From the IMG/VR virus record IMGVR_UViG_3300023179_005186, positions 1 to 64,000 of that record: 64,000 bases of DNA; one strand, given 5' to 3'. Every line of letters starts with the position of its first letter. The stretch's first letter is position 1. The position numbers were made by a program, and so were the translations under genes. This document shows positions 1 through 8,727 of this stretch, piece after piece. The notes beneath the pieces were generated by a model. The model worked only from the letters and a program-made list of their open reading frames with translations. It was not told the DNA's origin and ran no database searches.

Positions 1-109
1 GTTGTCAAAGTGTTGGTATTGGTGATAAATCACTAAAAAAATCACTAGAAAAAAATATTGCATATAATGATTTTACTTACAAGTATTTAGATGCGAAATT
101 AAAAGTTTT

Positions 110-673
110 TTAATTATAATTTTTTATTATACATTTTCTCATTTCAAACGCCGTTTTTTTTGCTTTTATATATTTTTTTCGTTTAGTATTATTTCTTTTA
201 CTAAACTTATTTTTACCACCATTGCTATTATCACTCTCGTTTATATCAATGTTTTGCATTGATTGTTTAAATTTTTCTATTTCATTTTTTTCGTCATAAG
301 GAAACTTAAATACTGTTTCTTCAATTTCATCCATAGGAATTTCGTTTTGTGTAATTAATTCCTTACAAAGACCATGTATGGTTCCAATCCTTCCACTATT
401 TGAAGTATTACTAATTTCTTTTATTACTTTTTCCATTTCTGTTATTGAGTTTTTACATTTTTCTAAATTAATTATACATTCATTGATATAATGCGTTCTT
501 TCCTTGATTTCATTTGTTTTTGTTTCAATTATTTCACGAGTTCTATCATAATATTTTCTTAAATCTTCTGGGTTTGCACATACGTATTTAGAATGTATCA
601 ATTTCATTTGTTCCAACGCATCATCAATTACTTTATTATAATTTGATATAGCTTGTTGAATAGTAAAGCTCAT
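110..673 (-). CDS. hypothetical coiled-coil protein with basic C-terminal tail
   Basis: 187-aa ORF with ATG start, heptad-like helical composition, ends NGGKNKFSKRNNTKRKK. Confidence 0.7.
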   Translation of the reverse strand: MSFTIQQAISNYNKVIDDALEQMKLIHSKYVCANPEDLRKYYDRTREIIETKTNEIKERTHYINECIINLEKCKNSITEMEKVIKEISNTSNSGRIGTIHGLCKELITQNEIPMDEIEETVFKFPYDEKNEIEKFKQSMQNIDINESDNSNGGKNKFSKRNNTKRKKYIKAKKTAFEMRKCIIKNYN

Positions 674-775
674 ATTATATATAATATGATTTTATTTTAA
701 AATGAACGTTTTAAATGAGAAAAGGTGTAAAACTAATGAAAAATTAATTATTTTAATAAATATTATATATATAAT

Positions 776-997
776 ATGTCTCATAATTATTATAATGAAA
801 TCCTCTCATATTTTGTAGGAACTTATTGTGTATATCCAGATTGCTGTATTGATGACTATGACTATAACAAGAGGTCAAAAAACAAATTTCTAAAATTAAT
901 AGGTAAAGCAAGTTGTATTGAAAAAAATACTGGATTTATCCTTGTTTTGGCTGTTCAGAAAAAATTATTACTAAATAAATTATCAAGTAATAAATAA
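776..997 (+). CDS. small hypothetical protein
   Basis: 73-aa ATG ORF filling an otherwise empty gap, preceded by an AT-rich spacer; no recognisable motif. Confidence 0.4.
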   Translation: MSHNYYNEILSYFVGTYCVYPDCCIDDYDYNKRSKNKFLKLIGKASCIEKNTGFILVLAVQKKLLLNKLSSNK

Positions 998-1023
998 TTA
1001 TAATGTATTAAATATTTTTTATA

Positions 1024-1031
1024 AAAATTGA
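1024..1031 (+). promoter_or_regulatory. Mimiviridae early promoter AAAATTGA
   Basis: exact octamer 45 nt upstream of ATG 1076. Confidence 0.8.
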
Positions 1032-1075
1032 TTTAAATTTTAAATCTATACATAATAATATATACATTTAAATTA

Positions 1076-3415
1076 ATGCTAAAAAAGCCAAATATAATTA
1101 TTATTGACGACATTGCAGAAAATTTAGATGAATCATTATCTGAAGTTAAAAAAAATAAATCAAATAATATTCGAAAATGTGAATGGGTCAATCAAAGGGG
1201 AGGTTCTTGTCCTTGGAAGTCACTTGGACCTGATAAATCTTATTGTGAAGCCCATTCTAAATATGAGGGTGTTTATACAAAAGATCATATACCAAACATG
1301 AAAAGGTGTTCTTGTTGTAAAAATTTATGGATGGAAGATGGTATAAATAAAACTTGTTGTAGAGATGAAAGAAAAATTATGAGAAAAAATATCAAAGAAA
1401 AAAATTTAGACTTAACAAAAAAATGTATTGGACTTACACACAAAGGAACACCTTGTCTGAATCAAGCTAATGATTCTGATGATTATTGTGGAAAACACCA
1501 AGCCTATAAAATTTATAAACAAACAATAGATTCTGGTAAAAATATATGTAAAAACTGGGTTAGAGGATGTTTTGAAATAATACCAACAGATAAGAAGAGT
1601 TGTTCTAATTGTAGAAAAAAAGAACAAACAAAAGAAAATATTAATAATTTAAATAAAAAAAATAAAGCAATTGAATATAATAATTCAAATCAAGAAATAA
1701 AAATGTGTGGGGATTGTAATAAAATTGTTAAATCCAATGAATTTGTTAAAAACAAATGTTTAAAATGTTATGATACATATAGAAAAAATGAAGAAAATAG
1801 AAAACCTCAAGACCCATTAATCAGACATTTATCTGACTATAAATCGAGAGCAAAAGATAAAAATTTTAAATGGGAATTAACTGATGATGAAGCAAGAAAT
1901 TATTTTAATTCAAAATGTAATTATTGTAATACACTTAATAATTATAATGGTATAGATAGAGTTGATTCATCAATTGGATATATTAAAAGTAATTTAGTTC
2001 CATGTTGTTCTATTTGTAATTTAATGAAAGGAACTAAATCTCCAAAAGATTTTATTGATACAATCACATTTATTTTAAGTATAAATTTCATGATTAAATC
2101 AATGATTAAATTTTCTTATGAAAAATTATTTAAATGTGGAGAAAATGCTAAATTTTACAGATTTATTTCAGAATGTAAAAATAGGAATATAAATTATGAA
2201 ATTACTGAAGATATATACAAATGGATAATAAAACAACCATGTACCTATTGTAAAAATCAATTTGATAGTGGATGTAGAGGAATTGATAGAATAAATTCAG
2301 AAATAGGATATGTATTGGGTAATATAACTCCTTCCTGTTATACTTGTAATATAATGAAAAATACTTTATCCAAGGATGATTTTTTTTGTCATCTTAAAAA
2401 AATTCATAATTTTAAAGTTGAAAATATTATTACAAATGAAAAAACTTTACGTGAAAAAATTATTGAATTATGTAAAAATATTAAACAATTTGAACATGAA
2501 AAATTTAATCATGAACATGAATATTATTTTAATCTAATTTATAATTCAAATAATATTAAAGATATAAAAAAAATTAAAATCGAGTTGGAATTTGTTAAAA
2601 ATAAAAAACAAAAAGATATTTGGAATTATTTTAGAAGGTATGTATCTAGTTTAAAGATTCAAAAAGGTAGCAAATTAATTGGACGACAAATACATATTTT
2701 AGTTAAAGATAGTAATTCTTCAAAATATTTAGGAATAATATCTTTAAGTAGTGATATATATAATTTAGAATCAAGAGATAATTTAATTAGTTGGAATGTT
2801 GAAACTAAAAACGTTAATTTAAAATATATAATGAATATGAGTACTTGTGTACCATTACAACCATTTGGATTTAATTTTAATGGTGGAAAATTATTAGCAT
2901 CCTTAGCATTTTCAAAAGAAGTTTTAAAGTATTTTAAAAAAGAATACGGTGAGCATTTATTAGCGATCACTACCACATCATTATATGGAAAATCTATTCA
3001 ATATGATAGGTTAAAAAATTTAAAATTTATTGGAAAAACTAAGGGAAATAGTTCTTACAAGGTATCTTCTGAACTAACAAATTTATGTTCTAATTTTTTA
3101 AAAAAAGAATATGGATATAATTATGATAAAAAAAAGAAATTTATTATATTACAAAAGACATTTGATAAATTATGTTTACCAAAAGAAGATGTTTTAACTG
3201 ATAATCCGAAAGGTATATATTTTGGTTTCACATATTCAAAATCAAAATACATTCTGAATCAAAAAGAACCTAATTTTGACTTGATTAATAATTCAGAATT
3301 AAAATCCGCACAAGAAATATTTACATGGTGGATAGATAGATGGGCTAATCAAAGGTTTGAAAATTTAACAAAAAATTTAGGAATTAAAAAAGATATTGAA
3401 ATATTTAATAAATAA
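1076..3415 (+). CDS. Cys-rich N-terminus + two HNH-like (beta-beta-alpha-metal) domains + C-terminal DUF4338/DruA-like domain
   Basis: Two CxxC..GIDR(V/I)(D/N)S..GY...N..P.C..CN.MK units at about 1916-2032 and 2240-2359. C-terminal GRQIHILVKD..YLGIISLSS...RD..ISW...NMSTCVPLQPFGFNFNGGKLLASL...TTTSLYGKSIQYDRL resembles DUF4338/DruA and phage Hef-like proteins. Confidence 0.7.
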   Translation: MLKKPNIIIIDDIAENLDESLSEVKKNKSNNIRKCEWVNQRGGSCPWKSLGPDKSYCEAHSKYEGVYTKDHIPNMKRCSCCKNLWMEDGINKTCCRDERKIMRKNIKEKNLDLTKKCIGLTHKGTPCLNQANDSDDYCGKHQAYKIYKQTIDSGKNICKNWVRGCFEIIPTDKKSCSNCRKKEQTKENINNLNKKNKAIEYNNSNQEIKMCGDCNKIVKSNEFVKNKCLKCYDTYRKNEENRKPQDPLIRHLSDYKSRAKDKNFKWELTDDEARNYFNSKCNYCNTLNNYNGIDRVDSSIGYIKSNLVPCCSICNLMKGTKSPKDFIDTITFILSINFMIKSMIKFSYEKLFKCGENAKFYRFISECKNRNINYEITEDIYKWIIKQPCTYCKNQFDSGCRGIDRINSEIGYVLGNITPSCYTCNIMKNTLSKDDFFCHLKKIHNFKVENIITNEKTLREKIIELCKNIKQFEHEKFNHEHEYYFNLIYNSNNIKDIKKIKIELEFVKNKKQKDIWNYFRRYVSSLKIQKGSKLIGRQIHILVKDSNSSKYLGIISLSSDIYNLESRDNLISWNVETKNVNLKYIMNMSTCVPLQPFGFNFNGGKLLASLAFSKEVLKYFKKEYGEHLLAITTTSLYGKSIQYDRLKNLKFIGKTKGNSSYKVSSELTNLCSNFLKKEYGYNYDKKKKFIILQKTFDKLCLPKEDVLTDNPKGIYFGFTYSKSKYILNQKEPNFDLINNSELKSAQEIFTWWIDRWANQRFENLTKNLGIKKDIEIFNK

Positions 3416-3476
3416 TTATAAAAAATTATGATAGAAAAAGATCTAAATTTATTATATATAAAAAGATAATATATTA

Positions 3477-4400
3477 TTATCGCATTTTTAGTATCCAAAC
3501 TGATTCTTGGTATTCTTTGTATCCTAATATCCTAAATATTTTTTTATAAATAGATTTAATAAAATTACATATTTCTTTTTTTTCATTAATATCATTTATA
3601 TTGTCCATTAACTTTATCATATCTATTAATAATATTTTTGAATCAATTATATTTGTATTTTTTATATAATTATAAAAATATTTTTTGTAAATATCTTTTT
3701 TATTTACTTTAGAATCTAATATAATTTTATATAATTCAATATTCGAAATTGTTCGATTCAATTTGTAATTATTCCTATTATATTTAAAAATATCATAATC
3801 TTCTTCATTTTTAGGTCTAAAACCATATTTAGCGTAAAATGGTATTCCGTGTGTAATTGTTCTTAAATATTTTAATTCTAAACCAATATCATAGCACATC
3901 TTTTTAGATAAATCTGTTAACTCAATTTGTTTAATATGTGAGAATAACTTATCTTTTTTTATTAATTTTATTATTATTTGCATTAAAATATCACCAACTT
4001 TATACACATGATTTTTATCATCACTTTTAATACAATCATCGTGATTTGATATTGATTGAATATATAATGTATTATCAATACTATCGCGAGTATCAAAAAA
4101 TAAAAAAACACAATTGTCACTAGTTTCAGTTATATTCATAAAAGATATTTGTTTTTTTGTATCATCATATGGAACTATAGTATCTATATGATATTCATAA
4201 ATTTTACCATCAGATAATTCAATTAATTTTTTCTTACCACCTATTTGCGATTTAAAATTAATTTTATTTGTTGTCTGTGTTAGTATACCTTTTGATAGTC
4301 TACTATCTCTATATAAAATTTCAAATATATTTTGTGTCTCTTCGGCATATTGTATACCTTTAAATTTATTATATACTGTTTTAGTAATTGACACTTTCAT
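3477..4400 (-). CDS. hypothetical protein, possible GNAT-like fold (Mimiviridae-type family)
   Basis: 307-aa ORF; LYIQSI..DDC...GDILMQIII...IELTD.S...PFYAKYGF resembles GNAT motif A/B spacing. Confidence 0.5.
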   Translation of the reverse strand: MKVSITKTVYNKFKGIQYAEETQNIFEILYRDSRLSKGILTQTTNKINFKSQIGGKKKLIELSDGKIYEYHIDTIVPYDDTKKQISFMNITETSDNCVFLFFDTRDSIDNTLYIQSISNHDDCIKSDDKNHVYKVGDILMQIIIKLIKKDKLFSHIKQIELTDLSKKMCYDIGLELKYLRTITHGIPFYAKYGFRPKNEEDYDIFKYNRNNYKLNRTISNIELYKIILDSKVNKKDIYKKYFYNYIKNTNIIDSKILLIDMIKLMDNINDINEKKEICNFIKSIYKKIFRILGYKEYQESVWILKMR

Positions 4401-4517
4401 TTATTATATAATTAAGATATTATTAGATAAATTTAAAAATTATTAAAAAAAGTATAAATTTTATTTGAATAGGTATTTATACAATAAATAACTATATTTT
4501 TACATATTTAACTAAAA

Positions 4518-5402
4518 CTAAAAATCTTCAAAACCAGCGTCTAACCATACTGAAATGCGTTTTGGATGTAATGCAACCATCATTAATTCTTCAAAATAAA
4601 TATCAACAATTAGTTTTTTCATCGTTTTATAATCAATTTCAAAGATTGACGGATTTCTTGATAAATTATCCCAATAAATTTTATCTTGATTTTTTTCTAA
4701 TAAATGAATTGCATTTGAATTTAATGATAAATTATCCCAATAAATTTTATCTTGATTTTTTTCTAATAAATGAATTGCATTTGAATTTAATGATAAATAA
4801 TACCAATCAATATTATCTAGATTTTTTTCTAATAATTGAATAGCATTTTTATTTCTTGATAACTCCGTCCAATCAATTTTATCTAAATTTTTTTCTAATA
4901 AATGAATAGCATTTGGATTTATTGATAACCCTGTCCAACAAATTTTATCTAAATTTGCTTCTAATAAAGGAATAGCATTTGGATTTTCTGATAAATAATA
5001 CCAATTAATTTTATCCAAATTTGATTCTAATAAATGAATAGTATTTGGATTGTATGATAACAAATCCCAATTAATTTTATCTATATTAGCTTCTAATAAA
5101 TGTATAGCATTTGAATTAGATGATAAATAATCCCAATCAATTTTGTCTGGATTTGCTTCTAATAAATGAATTGCATTTGGATTTTTTGATAGAAAATGCC
5201 AATTAATTTTATCTGGATTTTCTTCTAATAAATGAATTGCATTTGAATTTGCTGATAAAAACCCCCATTTAATTTCATCTGGATTTGCTTTAATCAAACG
5301 AATAGCATTTGGATTGTATGATAAATGAATCCAATCAATTTTATTAATGTCTATCCAATCTAATAATTTGTATAAAGGTTCTAGTTGTATCAATTTTGGT
5401 AT
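4518..5402 (-). CDS. 22-aa tandem-repeat (solenoid) protein; lacks an N-terminal ATG (ATA at 5400-5402 or TTG at 5391-5393)
   Basis: About 11 copies of xDKIxWxxLSxNxNAIxLLExN. The frame opens after TAA with ATA-CCA-AAA-TTG; the first Met is near the C-terminus. Confidence 0.7.
   Translation of the reverse strand: MPKLIQLEPLYKLLDWIDINKIDWIHLSYNPNAIRLIKANPDEIKWGFLSANSNAIHLLEENPDKINWHFLSKNPNAIHLLEANPDKIDWDYLSSNSNAIHLLEANIDKINWDLLSYNPNTIHLLESNLDKINWYYLSENPNAIPLLEANLDKICWTGLSINPNAIHLLEKNLDKIDWTELSRNKNAIQLLEKNLDNIDWYYLSLNSNAIHLLEKNQDKIYWDNLSLNSNAIHLLEKNQDKIYWDNLSRNPSIFEIDYKTMKKLIVDIYFEELMMVALHPKRISVWLDAGFEDF
4660..4798. repeat. perfect 66-bp tandem duplication (about 2.1 copies) within the repeat-protein gene
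   Basis: 4660-4725 is identical to 4726-4791 and the match continues to 4798. Confidence 0.95.
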
Positions 5403-5432
5403 TTAATTAAATATTTTTATAGTAATTATAAA

Positions 5433-5440
5433 TCAATTTT
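5433..5440 (-). promoter_or_regulatory. early promoter AAAATTGA
   Basis: TCAATTTT on the + strand about 30-40 nt upstream of the repeat gene. Confidence 0.75.
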
Positions 5441-5537
5441 TAAATGAGAAAATTGTTAAATTATATAGTAAATATTTATAATATTCAAAAATTTTTATCA
5501 ACCATTCATATTTTATTATAAAAATAAAAATTATAAA

Positions 5538-6401
5538 ATGAAAAATAAAATTACAGAACCTTATTTAATTTTACAACTTATGTTATTTAGTAATTATTTA
5601 AGATTTATTGAAAAAAATAAAAATTTTTCTTCTATTATTGATGAAGAAACTTTACTTAAATCTCTAAAATATTTTGATATTGACAAACAGATTATAACAC
5701 AAATAAAAAAATATATACATGATAAGTTTATATCATTTGGACAAAAGTTTGATTTAATTGTTAATACTAAAAGTCTAGAAATAATTATGATTTATGATAA
5801 TTCTAATTTATTTATTGGCTTTAATGAAACAGAAATATATTTTAATACAAGTAAAATTATTGATACAGTTAAAGATATCAGTACATTTTTAGATATGAGA
5901 TTAAAAACTATTAATAAAAAAATAAAAGTTCATTCTGGATATTATAATATCTTGTTTTATGAAGATATTTTATCAAAAATAATTAAAAAAATAGATACGT
6001 TTAATCAAGAAAATAATATTAAAAATATATATATGTTTGGATTTAGTGCTGGAGGAACTTTAAGTACAATATGTTCATATTTTTTAACACAAAAATTTAA
6101 AGAAATTAATTTTATATTATATCCAATTAGTTATGTAAAACCAGGTAATAAATATTTTATAAAAAAATTAGAAAGTATAATAAATTTATCAATTTATCCT
6201 ATAATAAATAATAAAGATATCGTTCCAAATTTACCACCATTAAATTATTATAAAAATTTTACAAATAATATTTTATTAAAAAAAGATTTTGAAAATATTT
6301 CTGGAGATAAGATAAACATTTGTGAATATAATCATTTAAACGAACATTATCTAAATTCTTATATTATCAAATATGTCAATATATTAGAAAAAAATAACTA
6401 A
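5538..6401 (+). CDS. class 3 lipase (alpha/beta hydrolase)
   Basis: VHSGYY lid motif, nucleophile elbow GFSAGG, DIVPNLPP, C-terminal His (NEHYL). Confidence 0.85.
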   Translation: MKNKITEPYLILQLMLFSNYLRFIEKNKNFSSIIDEETLLKSLKYFDIDKQIITQIKKYIHDKFISFGQKFDLIVNTKSLEIIMIYDNSNLFIGFNETEIYFNTSKIIDTVKDISTFLDMRLKTINKKIKVHSGYYNILFYEDILSKIIKKIDTFNQENNIKNIYMFGFSAGGTLSTICSYFLTQKFKEINFILYPISYVKPGNKYFIKKLESIINLSIYPIINNKDIVPNLPPLNYYKNFTNNILLKKDFENISGDKINICEYNHLNEHYLNSYIIKYVNILEKNN

Positions 6402-6422
6402 ACATTATGTTGTGAAAAATAT

Positions 6423-6470
6423 TTTGATAATATATAATTAATAAGAGCCATATTGTTTTATATTATCAAA
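6423..6470. terminator. AT-rich hairpin between convergent genes (Mimivirus-type 3'-end hairpin)
   Basis: 12-bp inverted repeat TTTGATAATATA (6423-6434) / TATATTATCAAA (6459-6470). Confidence 0.55.
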
Positions 6471-6543
6471 TTATAAAAATTCTTCTAAACATCCTTTACA
6501 ATCAGCAACTAATATATTAAATTTTTTGAGGATATAATTTTTT

Positions 6544-7545
6544 TTACTTAATAAATTTCATAATATTTTCTATTATGTTATCTACTATAATAGGATGTTC
6601 TTTAAACATAACGTGAGCACATTTTGAAGGTAATGATGGATCTGAATAATTTGGAATTTCTATAATAGGAATTGGATAACCCCATGTTTTTTGTATTATA
6701 TTTCTTTGTTCATAAATCGAACCAATTACTTTGTCATCATTTGGATATAGTATAGCTATATTTTCAGCAGTAATTTTTTTAGGACGAAATTTTTTAAATT
6801 CAATTAATTTATGATCTAAATCAAATGAACTTGCAATATCATAATAATCTTTTTCACCTTCTTCATCATAATTTGTATCTCTACAAAATTTATAATAATC
6901 TAATGATTTTATTCTTAAAGGAATGAATAATTTTATAATAAATCTTATAAATGGACCAAATAAACTTGAAAAAATTAAATATTTTAATGGATGTGGATAT
7001 TCAATTAAAAATGGAGCACATAATATTAAATTTGATATTTTACATTTATAATTAAATTCAGATTGAGTTAAATATAATGCAATTACACAACCAGTTGAAA
7101 TTCCTATAATATCAACAGTTTCATATTGTGCTTCTAAAACTTTTAATGCTTCTAAATATGTTAATATCCAATCATTAGGGTGATTTGGTTGAAAAAAAGA
7201 TCTACCATTTCCATATGTTCTTGGAGCATAATAATCTATTGAATTTAATTCAAAATATTTAATAAGTTTATCCCAAAGATATGGTATATCTCTATAACCT
7301 GATATTAATAAAACACATCTTGATTTTTTTTTAACTGTATAAAATCTACTTAATGATACTGAATAAATATTTAGTTCCTTTTCCCAAAAGGTCTTCCTTG
7401 GAAATAATCTATCTAATCTATTAAAATTTTTTTTTATACAATAATAAGAATAAAGATTTCTTGTTATATAAATTAATCCAATAATAGAACTTATTATTAC
7501 TACTGTTTTCTCTTTATTAATTTCAAATATTTTATTACAAATCAT
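6544..7545 (-). CDS. membrane-anchored alpha/beta hydrolase (esterase/lysophospholipase-like)
   Basis: N-terminal hydrophobic helix, LLISGY oxyanion region, GISTG nucleophile elbow, DDKVI acid, CAHV His. Confidence 0.8.
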   Translation of the reverse strand: MICNKIFEINKEKTVVIISSIIGLIYITRNLYSYYCIKKNFNRLDRLFPRKTFWEKELNIYSVSLSRFYTVKKKSRCVLLISGYRDIPYLWDKLIKYFELNSIDYYAPRTYGNGRSFFQPNHPNDWILTYLEALKVLEAQYETVDIIGISTGCVIALYLTQSEFNYKCKISNLILCAPFLIEYPHPLKYLIFSSLFGPFIRFIIKLFIPLRIKSLDYYKFCRDTNYDEEGEKDYYDIASSFDLDHKLIEFKKFRPKKITAENIAILYPNDDKVIGSIYEQRNIIQKTWGYPIPIIEIPNYSDPSLPSKCAHVMFKEHPIIVDNIIENIMKFIK

Positions 7546-7604
7546 ATTTTAATTATATTTATACTATTATATTTATACTTTTTTTTATATTTATAAAATA
7601 TTTT

Positions 7605-8624
7605 TCATATATCTTGTATAACATCTAAAAAAGTAATATGGTTTTTTTTAAAAAAATTATTTTTATCTTCAGGATAATTTATTAAAATATTAACTAAACA
7701 ATTTGAAAAATAATCTGAACTATCTTTTGGTAAAAGTGATGGTAAATTATCTATTGAAATTATTTTAATTTGATGCAATAAATTTAATATATGTACTGGA
7801 TTTTTCCATGTTGTATTTTTATAATTTAATTTTATTGGATTATTTGATTTAGTTATATCGCATGAAATATCTGATATAATCATTGGTTTTATAAACTTTG
7901 TATTAAAATCTAACCATGTTTCATTTTGATCAATATCTAATTTTATACAATTAATTAAAATATCATAATTAGCTAATTTTAATTTATTATCATTTTTTAA
8001 AATTTCATCATATTTTAAATTAAGTAAATTTAATAAAAATTTTGATCCTTTACCACATTTTCCTTCAGATCCTATTATACCAATTGATAAATTAGATATA
8101 TTATTTAAATTTAATTTAATTAAATTAAAAAATAAATCAAAATTTTTCCATGGTTCTAAATTATTTAAAGGTTGTGAATATTCTAACAAAGCTAATCCAC
8201 AACCTATAATTCCAGCCCAAAATCCAAAACTAGTTAATCTATTGTTATTATTATCAAGAAAATATTCTAAATCATATAAAATACTAGATGAATTTTTAAA
8301 ATAATTTAAAATTTCTTTTGAACCAGATTGATTTTGATATGAATGTGAAAAATATAGATGTTTATGTAAATTTAATTTTTCTATATCTTCAAATTGTTTT
8401 AATCCTAAAATTAAACATGAAGAAAATTTAATATTATACCAAGGAAGTTTAGTAATTTTACAATTAACTTTTTCATAAGATTCATCTGAATATATTCTTG
8501 AATTTGAACTTTGAATCCATATTATCCATCCGTTTTCTATTAATTTTTCCATGTCAGCGGGTATTAATGGTGTTCTAAATTCATTAGGATTTAATTCTGC
8601 TCTTAAGTATAAGGATTTAATCAT
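7605..8624 (-). CDS. LYS1: saccharopine dehydrogenase (NAD+, L-lysine-forming), AlaDh/PNT family
   Basis: Collinear with yeast Lys1 motifs: LRAE..E.R.PL.P, ILGLK, FSHSY, LYDLEY, FGFWAG, G.EGKCG.G, DISCD, IDNLPSLLP..SS. Confidence 0.85.
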   Translation of the reverse strand: MIKSLYLRAELNPNEFRTPLIPADMEKLIENGWIIWIQSSNSRIYSDESYEKVNCKITKLPWYNIKFSSCLILGLKQFEDIEKLNLHKHLYFSHSYQNQSGSKEILNYFKNSSSILYDLEYFLDNNNNRLTSFGFWAGIIGCGLALLEYSQPLNNLEPWKNFDLFFNLIKLNLNNISNLSIGIIGSEGKCGKGSKFLLNLLNLKYDEILKNDNKLKLANYDILINCIKLDIDQNETWLDFNTKFIKPMIISDISCDITKSNNPIKLNYKNTTWKNPVHILNLLHQIKIISIDNLPSLLPKDSSDYFSNCLVNILINYPEDKNNFFKKNHITFLDVIQDI

Positions 8625-8727
8625 ATAATTTTACAATATTTGTTTATAATAAAAAAAAAAATTACTGGAAGGAGTTTTTATAATATTTTATATTATAAAA
8701 ATAATGTCATGTAAATTTATATAATAA

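Noticed and set aside
4518-5393. CRISPR-like array, MIMIVIRE-like element or DGR target in the 66-bp repeats
   Set aside because: Repeats are contiguous in-frame protein repeats with no spacers; no cas or reverse transcriptase gene in the window, and no virophage match can be shown
6471-6557. Short coding-like frame on the minus strand (...KFNILVADCKGCLEEFL-stop)
   Set aside because: No start codon, overlaps the end of the hydrolase gene, too short to support
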